DNA of 64,000 nt from an uncultured Acidobacteriota bacterium (GTDB taxonomy: Bacteria; Acidobacteriota; Terriglobia; UBA7540), in contig CAWDSK010000005.1 in assembly GCA_963804995.1 (NCBI GenBank), positions 800,001-864,000 of the forward strand, written 5' to 3'. The notes under the pieces were generated by a model. The model saw only the letters and a program-made list of their open reading frames with translations, did no database searches and had not been told where the DNA came from. The position numbers and the translations under genes are program-made. Below are positions 1 through 9,908 of this stretch, in pieces. Position 1 is the first letter of the stretch, and each line of letters begins with the position of its first letter.

Positions 1-23
1 ATCACAAATTGCCCGATCCCCAC

Positions 24-230
24 CCCCGCCGTGACACACTCCCCCAAATCGGTTATCGGCAAGTTTATGCCGGAACTTGAGCCCAATTCGCCGATCGGAG
101 GCTGGCAGGGATGTGCTGTTCCGATCGTTCGATCGCCCGATCTCCGGATCAATCGATCTCCCGATCGCTATCCCCCGCCGTGACACACTCGCCCGTATCG
201 GTTATCGGCATGATCGACGCCCAGGATGAG
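24..230 (-). promoter_or_regulatory. Two tandem copies (149-bp period) of a sigma-28-like promoter repeat unit
   Basis: Minus strand reads CTCAAG-N15-GCCGATAA (81..53) and CTCATC-N15-GCCGATAA (230..202), each followed by CCGATnyGGGsGAGTGTGTCACGG. Confidence 0.65.
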
Positions 231-280
231 CCAGATTGAGGGAACAGGCTGGCTGTGCGCCAGCTCCCCGGACCTCGGGT

Positions 281-1306
281 TTAAGTTAGCTGTGCATCCT
301 TCAGCATTCGCCGGAGGGTTTTGAGGTCGCGGCGCATGGCTGACAAGACTTGTGACTTGTCGATGCTCAGGGTGCGTTTGCCTTCATCCGCACCGCCCAA
401 AGGATATTCAAATTGTAACTGGACGGGTCCGGAGAATTTGGCTTCTTTCAGCAGGGTGAAGTAGGACTTGAAATGGACCATGCCTTCGCCCAGCGGGCAA
501 AACTGCGGCCCCCACCGTCCCCTGGCGTCCTTCGCCCAGATGCAATCCTTGATCGACGTTCCCCGGATATAGCCGAGTTCGCCCAGCAGGCGCACATAAT
601 TGATCCAACCTCCCACGCCTCCTTCGAGGACCGCTTGGGCGATGTCAAGATTGGAACTAATCCATTTCGGGTCGGAGTCCTTGATGATCAACCAAAGGTC
701 CCAGAGGGAACAGCCCACCGACGACCCGTGATGATTGTGATACATCGCGCACATGCCGTACTTCTGGTTGAGCGCCTCCAGCGTTTTGACCCGCGCCTTA
801 AGCTCGGCGAGCCGATCCACCAGCGTCTTCCCCCCGGGGAGGAACAAGCCCCGGCCTTCTTCGGTCCGCTCCGACGACGGCAAATCCGTCCAGTAGAACC
901 AACCCCACCGGTAATGATGAATGCCCAAGGCACTCGCGGCTCGCAACATGTCTTCCGCATGAGGGGAATTTGCGTCCGCGATCTCCGCCGTGATCATCGG
1001 TACGTCCAGACCCGCCTTGCGCACGATTTCAACGACTTTGGGCAAGTCCTCTTTCACGCGTGCCGGCTCAACATGTCCACCTTTGCGCACCGTCAGGTCA
1101 ACCCCGTCAAACCCCAGGTCCGCGGCGGTTTTGGCCATCTCCTCCCCTTCGAGAAATTGCAGGTGCTTGGAAAAGATGCAGACCGGGATGGGCTTGTCGG
1201 TGGCCGGCGCGGCGGCGCGCAGTCCGGGCAGGCCAGCTATGACTCCGGCGCCACCCAAGCCGGCAAGAAACGCTCGGCGTGATAAATCGTCATTGAGCTT
1301 TTCCAT
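281..1306 (-). CDS. Tat-exported sugar phosphate isomerase/epimerase (xylose isomerase-like TIM barrel)
   Basis: SRRAFL Tat motif; GFDGVDL, YHNH, NLDIAQ, IKD, PLGEGMV and QFEY motifs. Confidence 0.85.
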   Translation of the reverse strand: MEKLNDDLSRRAFLAGLGGAGVIAGLPGLRAAAPATDKPIPVCIFSKHLQFLEGEEMAKTAADLGFDGVDLTVRKGGHVEPARVKEDLPKVVEIVRKAGLDVPMITAEIADANSPHAEDMLRAASALGIHHYRWGWFYWTDLPSSERTEEGRGLFLPGGKTLVDRLAELKARVKTLEALNQKYGMCAMYHNHHGSSVGCSLWDLWLIIKDSDPKWISSNLDIAQAVLEGGVGGWINYVRLLGELGYIRGTSIKDCIWAKDARGRWGPQFCPLGEGMVHFKSYFTLLKEAKFSGPVQLQFEYPLGGADEGKRTLSIDKSQVLSAMRRDLKTLRRMLKDAQLT

Positions 1307-1520
1307 CGTTAAGGCAACCTCCAGAGAATTTTGATGTGCGCGCGGGGCCTTTTAAATTGGTCGCGGGCGAGAACGCTCACCGGCCTCCTTTGTCGGCCAC
1401 CTTCTTCCGCCACGGTGGCCCCCCCCCACCAACGAAACCGGCGTCGCCTTCACGCGTTTTGGTTGCGGCACCGCCGCGCTGCGCTGCTTGCTCAACTTCG
1501 CGAGATAAAAATTGAAATCA

Positions 1521-1655
1521 TAGCCCTCTCCGAGGGGAGAGGGTGGACCGCGGCCGGCGTTTTCACCAGTCGGCGCGGGACGGGCCTACGCCCACCGAAG
1601 GGGCGCTTGGGAACTGTGAACGACCTCGGCTTCGGCCCGCAGGCGGGTGAGGGGT
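1521..1655 (+). repeat. GCCCTCTCC..GGAGAGGG...GGGTGAGGGG palindromic repeat carrying a nested 59-bp insertion
   Basis: Same element at 29956, 43574 and 62019; this copy has an insert at 1585-1643 flanked by a duplicated CGGG. Confidence 0.85.
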
Positions 1656-1802
1656 TACTTCGCCTGCAAGCCCGCGACTTTATGTCGTCATGGGACATGT
1701 CCCACTTGTTGCTCTCCGCGGGGCGTAGCGGGCGTTGTCCCACCAACTTTCCCAACTTCATGCGTTTTTTTCCTATGACTTTTCGCTTGAGGTTCTGTCG
1801 CC

Positions 1803-3158
1803 CTACACTTTTTCCGGCACCACCCAGGGTTCACGATAAACTCGCTTCAGGTAGCCATTGGCTTCTTGATCGTTGGTAAAGGTCCCCGCGCTCGCATCAA
1901 AATCCAGCTTGCGATTTCCCACGCGATAAGAGATGTTCCCCAAATGACAGATCGCCGATGAAACGAAGCCGATCTCAATATCGGCGTTGGGCCGTTTGCG
2001 GCTGCGGATGCATTCCACAAAATTCGCCACGTGCGCTTGCTGCATCTGCAAATGGGTTTGCTTATCCTGCGCGATCTCCTGGCCGTCCGCGTCAAAGAGT
2101 TGCCATCCTCCGCCGTGCCGCCCCAGCAGCATCATGCCCTTGGTCCCGTAGAGTTGCACCACGGAATCGTTGAACGGAAACCAGTCGGGGTACAGGCTCT
2201 GGCTCTGGCGGATGAACTCTGGAGTCTTCTTCATGTAGGGCGCCCACCAGGACTGTTCCAGAACCAGCGTCATCCCGTCATATTCGTAAGTCACCAGTGA
2301 CTGATCCGGGACTTCCGCGTCATCGTGGAAGGAAAGATTTCCTCCGGCGTGGTGGACCGACTTGGGATACTCCTTGCCATAAACCATGCGCGCCAGATCC
2401 AACTGATGAATCGCGTCATCTTCAATCAGCCCGCCACTGAAATCCCAAAAATAAACCCAATCCTCAAACCACGACTTGCTATACGGACGTTGCGAGGCGG
2501 GCCCCAGCCACATATCCCAATTCATCCCTTCCGGAGTGGGTGCGTCTGGTGACTTCTGAAAACGCGGCCGGCAAAACATATTGAAGACCCGGACCAGATG
2601 CAGATCACCAAGCTTGCCCGATTGGACAAGCTCGCGCGCACTCTTGCCGTAAGAGCTGCTGCGATTCTGGGTGCCGAGTTGCACCACGCGGTTATACTTG
2701 CGTGCCGCTTCCACCATCTTCCGGCCTTCCCAGATGTTGTGGCACGCCGGTTTTTCGACGTATACATCCTTGCCGGCCTGACACCCTAAAATCGTAACCA
2801 GGCCATGCCAGTGATGGGGAGTGGCGGTGTAAACGGCATCGACGTGATGGTCATCCAGAATGGTTCGAAAGTCTCCAACCTCCTTGGGTCTCTTGCCCGA
2901 AACCTTCTCCACAGCCTGGGCGCCTCTCGCACAGCGACCAGGATGGACGTCGCACACGTAGGCGACTTCCACGTCCGGCCTTTCAGCATACAGTCCGGAG
3001 ACATAGGTCCCCCGGCCGCCGAGTCCAATTATCCCGATCACGACTTTGTCATTCGGGGCTGCAGCCTTCGCGGGGGATCCCAACCCCGACATGGCCACCG
3101 TCGCACCGATTCCACCTTGAACCGTACGCTCTAAGAATCGCCGCCTATTGGTTTTCAT
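1803..3158 (-). CDS. Tat-exported Gfo/Idh/MocA family oxidoreductase
   Basis: NRRRFL; IGLGGRG Rossmann motif; TPHHWH; GKDVYVEKP; DDAIHQLD. Confidence 0.92.
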   Translation of the reverse strand: MKTNRRRFLERTVQGGIGATVAMSGLGSPAKAAAPNDKVVIGIIGLGGRGTYVSGLYAERPDVEVAYVCDVHPGRCARGAQAVEKVSGKRPKEVGDFRTILDDHHVDAVYTATPHHWHGLVTILGCQAGKDVYVEKPACHNIWEGRKMVEAARKYNRVVQLGTQNRSSSYGKSARELVQSGKLGDLHLVRVFNMFCRPRFQKSPDAPTPEGMNWDMWLGPASQRPYSKSWFEDWVYFWDFSGGLIEDDAIHQLDLARMVYGKEYPKSVHHAGGNLSFHDDAEVPDQSLVTYEYDGMTLVLEQSWWAPYMKKTPEFIRQSQSLYPDWFPFNDSVVQLYGTKGMMLLGRHGGGWQLFDADGQEIAQDKQTHLQMQQAHVANFVECIRSRKRPNADIEIGFVSSAICHLGNISYRVGNRKLDFDASAGTFTNDQEANGYLKRVYREPWVVPEKV

Positions 3159-3269
3159 GGCACGCCTCTCTTTGTCTGTAGATCTTTTTCTGAGCGCTAA
3201 CTCAGCTCGACTCTCTCGGGTTTTTAAGAATGGCTCTTCAAAGCAAAATGATTCCGGCGCCCGCTCCTG

Positions 3270-4247
3270 TCACGCCCCTTCATACGCTTCGTGCATCAGC
3301 GCTTTCAGAGTGTTGAGATTCTGCTTGGCAGCGGACATAGTTTCGTCACATTTATCTCGCGACAACGCTATTCCCTGATCGTCCATCACGCCCGGAATCT
3401 CGTACTCGATGTGCAGGGAGATGGGGCCGTGGTAGTCCGCCGCCGCAAGCATCTTCAGGTATTCCTGGTAATGGCACGTCCCTTGGCCCAGGGGACGGCC
3501 CGTTTCAACCCAACCTTTGGTTTCCGTCTTCTCCCAAACGAAATCCTTGACCCCCACGATCTTCAAGCGCGGCATGACCAGATTCGCGGCGATTTTCCAG
3601 CCTCCCGAGGTGCCTTCAATGGTGGCGTTCTCCAGATCAAAATAATACCCGGCCCACTTCGGATCCAAGGTGTCCATGATGCGCGACATATCCCAGACCT
3701 GCGCCCCAATGTACTGGTCATGATTATGGTATCCGACTTGAACCCCACACTTTTGTGCCAGAGCCACCAGCTTGCGGAATTGGTCGCCCGATTCCTCGAG
3801 TTCCTTGCGCACGTCGACGCCCTTGTAATGGTAGTAGCCTGGCTTCATGTAGGGAATAGAGAGCTTGCCGGCGGCACGGAGGATGGACTCGGCGGCGGGA
3901 TTGTCGGCGCTGGTCAGCGCCGTGGTGATCATCGGAACTTCCAAGCCTTCGGCGCGGATGGCTGCGACCGCTTTGGGCAAGTCCTCCGTGGCGCGCTGCG
4001 GCGACACGTGTCCACCCTCGCGGACGGTCAGATCGATTGCCGTGAAGCCGGCACGCTTGGTGCTTTGCGCCAGTTCTTGCCAATTCAACTGCGGGACGGG
4101 TTTCGAGAAAAAGCAATAGGCGCCGCGGAACGGCCCTATAGCAGGTGGATGTGCCACGGCTCTCGAAGCAAGGGGAATCGCGCCCGCAGCCCATGCCGCT
4201 GCGGACGATACTTGCAAGAACTTACGCCGGGATAACGATCCCCTCAT
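3270..4247 (-). CDS. Tat-exported sugar phosphate isomerase/epimerase (TIM barrel), paralog of 281..1306
   Basis: SRRKFL; FSK..., DLTVREGGHV, YHNH, VKDF, PLGQG and HIEY motifs shared with 281..1306. Confidence 0.85.
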   Translation of the reverse strand: MRGSLSRRKFLQVSSAAAWAAGAIPLASRAVAHPPAIGPFRGAYCFFSKPVPQLNWQELAQSTKRAGFTAIDLTVREGGHVSPQRATEDLPKAVAAIRAEGLEVPMITTALTSADNPAAESILRAAGKLSIPYMKPGYYHYKGVDVRKELEESGDQFRKLVALAQKCGVQVGYHNHDQYIGAQVWDMSRIMDTLDPKWAGYYFDLENATIEGTSGGWKIAANLVMPRLKIVGVKDFVWEKTETKGWVETGRPLGQGTCHYQEYLKMLAAADYHGPISLHIEYEIPGVMDDQGIALSRDKCDETMSAAKQNLNTLKALMHEAYEGA

Positions 4248-4496
4248 GAAGTGCTCCTTCTTTGCCGAGTACCTGCCGACTTCCCAAGTGTGTCGGGAGA
4301 AATTCCAGTCGGCGCTACAAGTACGAATATCTCTGACACACTACGTTAAGACAGGTATGAGGTTGTTCGCTGCCCAAAAATAGTAATGCCCCAAGCCAAG
4401 GTTGACCGCACTAAATTACGCAAGGATTAGCTCGTTGTCCAGAGGCAGTTGTGTCCACCACCTCTTATGCTTCCTCCTTCCTTCGGTCGTTGTGAG

Positions 4497-4522
4497 GTGG
4501 GGAGGGCCACAGCCCTCCCCAC
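4497..4522 (-). terminator. GC-rich hairpin just downstream of the stop at 4533
   Basis: GTGGGGAGGGC-CACA-GCCCTCCCCAC perfect 11-bp stem; no U-tract. Confidence 0.45.
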
Positions 4523-4532
4523 ACCAGTCGCC

Positions 4533-5856
4533 TCAGACCTTGGGTAAGGCGTAAGGCTTGCGATACTCCTTGGTCAGATAGGCGTTGGCCTTCGCATCAT
4601 TCGGGAAGGTTTCCGTCTTGGGATCGAAGACAACGTCCCGGCGCAAATGACAAGCGATGTTTCCCAGGTGGCTGAGCGTGGATGCGAGCCGGCCGGTTTC
4701 GACATCCGCATTGGGTGTTTGGCGGCTTTTGATGCAGTCGATAAAATTCTTCTCGTGCTGGCCGTCTTCGCTTACCCCCGGGCTTTCGACGCTGGGCCCC
4801 TTGCTCCCGTCCTTGTTATAAACCTGCCAACTGCCTACGTACCCCAGGCCGTGGATCATCAGACTGGCGTCGCTACCGTGGAAACCAATGCCTTCCGATA
4901 TTCCATCAAGGGGGTGATGCTCGGCAAAGCTGCGGAGCTCCCATGTGAGCATGAAGTCGCCATATTCGTAGGTCACGACTTGGGTGTCAGGGACCTCCTT
5001 CGCGTCTTTCAGCCAGTAGATGCCAGCATTGCCGGAAACACGGGTGGGAAGGCAGTTATCCAAACCCCGCAGCGCCTGGACACCCCACAGCGCCACATCG
5101 AGCATGTGGACACCCTGATTGCCCAGTTCAGTGTTTCCGTAATCCCAGAAGAACCGCCACGTGTAGTGGAAGCGGTTGATGTTGAAGGGACGCTTGGGCG
5201 CTCCCCCCAACCAGAACGTCGTAGTCTACCGTGGGGGGCGGATCGCTGTCGGGGGGATTTCCGATGCTCTCCCGCCGTTGGCACTCCCAGGTAGTGATCT
5301 CACAGAGTTTCCCCAGCTTCCCGGATTTGACATACTCAATCCCGCTTCGAATATTCTCCGCACTCCGGCTCTGCAATCCCACCTGGACGATCCGCTTGTA
5401 CTTGCGCGCGGCATCGCGAATTAGGTGCCCCTCCTGAATGGTTTGCGACAGCGGTTTTTCGATGTATACATCCTTACCTGCCTGGCAGGCCAGCAGCGTT
5501 ATGGCCGTGTGCCAGTGATCGGGCGTGGCGACAATGACACCGTCAATGTCCTTATCGTCCAGCAACCGCCGGAACTCCTTGGTGGTTCCCGGCGCTTTGC
5601 CCTGGGCCTTCTCCAGATCCGGATTGACCTTGTCGAGAATGGCCTGATCAAGATCGCAGAACGTCTTGATCTCAGCTCCCCGCTGGATTGCGCGCAGCGT
5701 GTCACCACGGCCTTGATTACGGCCGCCGATGAGACCCAGCACCACCTTCTCGTTGGCTCCCATGGCCCGCGGGTTCCAGTTCAGGAATCCCCCCGTGGCC
5801 AACGCTGAAGCCGCTCCCAACTTCTTCACAAACGACCTGCGAGTTTCCTTTTCCAT
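4533..5856 (-). CDS. Tat-exported Gfo/Idh/MocA oxidoreductase, one +1 frameshift near 5215
   Basis: MEKETRRSF start (5856) joins ORF 4533..5210; colinear with intact paralog 6068..7390 (DVWLGPAPKR); extra T in GACGTTCTGG. Confidence 0.88.
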
Positions 5857-6067
5857 ATGATGCCTCCTTGAGGTCTCGATATGATGCAGCCGGCGGGCGT
5901 ACTTCAGGCGGGGTCTGCGGAGAAGAATGGGAATGGAAACGTCCTGCCACAACCCACACCGCATCTCGTCGGCTCAACAGGTAAGAACAACATTTGGGGC
6001 CGTCCCCTCGCGAGTGCCGCAGAGGCGGGCGGGAGGACGACCCCGATGAGAGCAGGTGAACTTACGC

Positions 6068-7390
6068 CTAGACCTTGGGCAAGCCGTAGGGCTCACGATG
6101 CTTTTTAGTCAGGTAGGCGTTCGCCTCCTTGTCGTGCCCAAAGGTCTCGGTCTTGGGATCGAAGGTAATATCCCGCTTCAGGTGCGTACAGATATTTCCC
6201 AAATGGCAAATTGTGGTCGCGAGGCGCCCGAGCTCCACGTCCGCGTGGGGTGTCTGGCGGCTCTTGATACACTCGATGAAATTCAGCTCGTGCCGGCCGT
6301 CCTCGGAATTGTCCTCGGGCGACGTGGAAGGCCCCGGACTGCCGTCTTTGTAAGTGACGCTCCAACTTCCTTCGAAGCCTTCGCCGTGAATCATCAGCGT
6401 TCCGTCGGTGCCGATGAAGCCGATCCCTTCCTCACTGGTATCGATGGGATGGTGCTTGGCAAAGCTGCGCAGCTCCCAAGTGAACACGAAGTCGGGATAC
6501 TGGTAGGTGAGGATTTGCGTGTCGGGGACTTCCTTCGCATCGTTGAGCCAGTAGATCCCGAAGCTTCCAGAGACATGGGTGGGTAGGCAGTTTTCGACCC
6601 CTTTCAAGGTCTGAATGCCCCAGAGCGCAACATCAATCATATGGACGCCCTGGTTTCCCAGTTCCGTGTTTCCGTAATCCCAGAAGAAGCGCCACTTGTA
6701 ATGGAAGCGATTTTCGTTGAAGGGCCGCTTGGGGGCGGGCCCCAACCACACATCGTAGTCCACCGTCGGGGGCGGGTCCGAGTCGGGCGGATTGCCAATT
6801 GTCTCGCGCACCTGGCATTCCCAGGTCGTGACCTCGCAGATTTTTCCCAGCTTGCCGGTTTTCAAAAACTCAATGGCGCTTTGAAAGTTCCTGCCGCTGC
6901 GATTCTGCGTGCCCACCTGGGCAATCCGCTTGTACTTGCGCGCCGCGTCACGAACCATCTGCCCATCGTGAATGCATTGGGTGAGCGGCTTCTCGATGTA
7001 GATATCCTTACCCGCCTGGCAGGCCATGATTCCGATGCGGGCGTGCCAGTGGTCCGGAACAGCGATAATGACGCCATCAATGTCCTTGTCGTCCAGCAGC
7101 CGCTGGAACTCCTTCGTCGTGCCCGGGGCCTTACCCTGGGCCTTTTCCAGTAGCGGATTGATTTTGTCGAGGATGGCCTGGTCAAGATCACAGAAGGTCT
7201 TGATTTCCGCCCCTCGCCCGATGGCCAGCAGGGCATCGTTGCGGCCCTGATTGCGTCCACCGATCAGACCCAGCACCACCTTCTCATTGGCTCCCATGGC
7301 GCGCGGGTTCAAATTCAGAAATCCCCCCGTTCCCAACGCCGAAGCCACTCCCATTTTCTTAATGAACGATCTACGTGTTTCCTTCTCCAT
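6068..7390 (-). CDS. Tat-exported Gfo/Idh/MocA oxidoreductase
   Basis: TRRSFI; IGGRNQG; PDHWH; GKDIYIEKP; NQGVHMID. Confidence 0.92.
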   Translation of the reverse strand: MEKETRRSFIKKMGVASALGTGGFLNLNPRAMGANEKVVLGLIGGRNQGRNDALLAIGRGAEIKTFCDLDQAILDKINPLLEKAQGKAPGTTKEFQRLLDDKDIDGVIIAVPDHWHARIGIMACQAGKDIYIEKPLTQCIHDGQMVRDAARKYKRIAQVGTQNRSGRNFQSAIEFLKTGKLGKICEVTTWECQVRETIGNPPDSDPPPTVDYDVWLGPAPKRPFNENRFHYKWRFFWDYGNTELGNQGVHMIDVALWGIQTLKGVENCLPTHVSGSFGIYWLNDAKEVPDTQILTYQYPDFVFTWELRSFAKHHPIDTSEEGIGFIGTDGTLMIHGEGFEGSWSVTYKDGSPGPSTSPEDNSEDGRHELNFIECIKSRQTPHADVELGRLATTICHLGNICTHLKRDITFDPKTETFGHDKEANAYLTKKHREPYGLPKV

Positions 7391-7426
7391 ATGAAGCCTC
7401 CTTGAAATCTATCTATCATGAAACTA

Positions 7427-9692
7427 CTAGACCAAAACCACATGTACCAGCTCCGCGATGTGGACAGTGGGCAGGGTGACGATGGCATAATCTCCCTGCA
7501 TTGTAAAGGGAGCCGTCCGTTCCGCGCGCAACAACTCGATCGACTTGACCCGCCGTCCTTCGGGCGCCCGGATCTGTATCACCACGTTTGAAACCGGCAC
7601 AAAATCTTGGCGCATACGGCCGACTGCGGCATCCTTGAATCCCACGTTGGCGAGCACCCAGAGCACCGAATCTCCATTCGGGGCCCGGCGGAGTATCCCG
7701 TAGACCCCTACAGGGGCTGCCATGCGGAACGGCAAGGGCGCATCACTTGCTAAATACCGCACCATGGAACCCAGCAAGCGTTGCAAGCTGGGAACCCGGC
7801 TGGAAGCGTAGTTGATCTCCATACTCCCGGAGACGTAAAGCGTTCTTCCTTTACCGTAGTTGTTCAGCACGATCGCCGGGCCATGCGATTCGCCTTCATG
7901 GTAGTTCCAGTAGTCGGCCAGCAAGGTAGCGCCTTGCCGGAGCTCGAACCTGGACCTGTCGCGGGTCTCCCATCACCAAGGCGCCCTCCTGGTAAGGGGC
8001 CAAGGCCGGATGGGTTGACTTGAGGCGATAAAATGCGTTCGCTTGGCCCTCCAAAGGTTCCCCCTTCATTTCCACGGCCAACAGTTCTGTCAAGGCACCG
8101 CCATCTAGCCGGGGCTCACCTTTTTCGTCGTAGAGACCCGAGTCGTAGGTTGCCAATAGCGCACCGCCTTCTCTGACCCATTTCGTCAGCCGGCGGGCAT
8201 CTTCCTGCTTGATGATGGAGGCGCCACAGAGGGCGATCACGCGCTGGCCTCTTAGCCATTCCTCGGTCAATTCCGTGCTGGGATTCGCGTCCACGCTGAT
8301 GTGCTGATCCAACATCGCGAGCAACATCCCTTCACTCATCGTGATGTTCCAACTATTCCGCCGGGTCCGCCAAAGCTCCAAAGACTCGCGGGTGGGCACG
8401 ATGGACACATAAGGAACAGGAACGCTGTCCTCCTGAAGCGGCTCCAGCCGTCGCATGAGCGCAAAGATTTCCTGCGCGGGGTTCGGGCTGCCATCTCCCA
8501 GACCATATAAAAGGCGGTTCGCCACCGCATAGATGGGAACGTCACCGCCGGCCATATTCACAAACCCCTCCATCCGCACCTCATCGCCATCCTCGAGGTC
8601 CACAACATGCCCGGCCCAGGGTTTCGAGTCAGGGGGCTGATCAATCGATTGCACATCGTAGCTTCCCATGTACATCTGCGCCAATTGCTTTCTCGGACGA
8701 GCCATGGAAGCTCCCATCATGGCCCGCAGCAAGCGCTGATAAGTTTGGTCACTGTACTCAACCATAAAACCTTCAGGGATCTGGTATTGCTTGTAGAGCG
8801 CTCCCGGCCGCCACGTTGCGCCGTTATGGCAGAGCATGAATTTCCTGCTGCCGTGGATAATCTTGCGGAAATCCAGCAGGTCCTCCTGGATGAGCCGGTT
8901 CGCCCACTCATACCAGGCGGTTAAGGCCTTCATATCAGCGTCGCTCGGGAGCTGTTCCAGGTCTCGCACGTCCCGGAGCCGTTCTAGGTTCATGCCGGTC
9001 GATTTCTTGAAATTCTCCCGGCACGAGTCACAAAAGCAGATTCCGCGGTAGTCACTAGGGGAGTCAAAATAGATGCCATCGGTGTCGTGCTGGCAGAGCT
9101 CGCGGACTACGTTGCGCATCCCCTGGCGGTAAGCATCGCCCTGAATGCAAAGATAGCAGGAGTACTTGATGGCGTACTCGCTCCAGATTCCGTAAGGTTT
9201 GCCCTCAGGATCACGCAGGATCCAATCCGCAAATTGGGGTTGCTGATGTGTTAACTCAACGTCCATGAAAGGCATGCCGTAGCCCGTGTAGCAATACAAG
9301 CGCAACCCGGCCTTGCGGCACTCGCGCGATACTTCCTCGATCAAATCTCGATGGCCCAATTCCGGGTGGACCGGGAAGGCCTGGCTCGGATAGTACGCCC
9401 GGTAGCCAATGGGCTGGAACCTCAAGGTGTCTCCGCCTAACTGCACTACGACATCCACCAGTTGCTTCGCGTCGAATTCGATGTGTGGATAGAGCGGAGA
9501 AGAGTAGCCATCAAAATACACCGCGCGCACATAACGAAGCCAGTCTGGTGGCTGGTAGCCATCCGGTGGCACGGTCAAGTCTGACTTGGATGCCGGCACC
9601 TTTGCCGGCCCTCTGTCTGCGCCGGTTCTCGGCCACCTTGCCAATGCCCCGAACCCTGCTGCCGTCTTCTGTAAAAACACCCGGCGTTTCAT
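7427..9692 (-). CDS. Putative glycoside hydrolase (GHL6-like TIM barrel plus beta-galactosidase trimerisation-like domain), frameshift near 7945
   Basis: KRRVFL Tat-like signal; AYYPS, DGIYFD, CFCDSC, WVREGGALLAT and YGKGRTLY motifs; ORFs 7896..9692 and 7427..7924 join by a +1 shift. Confidence 0.7.
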
Positions 9693-9848
9693 GCTAAGCA
9701 GCCTCGTGTGGATTTAGTGATTCGCTGATTCGATCTGTGAGAATTAAAAATCCGGTGAAAAGCTGGAAATCTTGGAGTGCGGTTGCCCGGCTACCGCAGT
9801 CAAAGACGCTTTGTGCACTTTCATCCGCAGCGCAGACACCAGGGAGGA

Positions 9849-9879
9849 CTGGGACTTGGTCTTGACCAAGCCCAGCCCG
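9849..9879 (-). terminator. Hairpin downstream of the TonB-dependent receptor
   Basis: CTGGG-A-CTTGGTC-TT-GACCAAG-CCCAG stem 30 bp after the stop. Confidence 0.4.
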
Positions 9880-9908
9880 CCCCGGTGTCCAGCGTTAACC
9901 TACGTTCT

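Noticed and set aside
24..230. CRISPR array interpretation of the ~35-bp repeats (also 48588-49097)
   Set aside because: Repeats are degenerate, intervals exceed 110 bp and are themselves repetitive, and no cas genes are in the window
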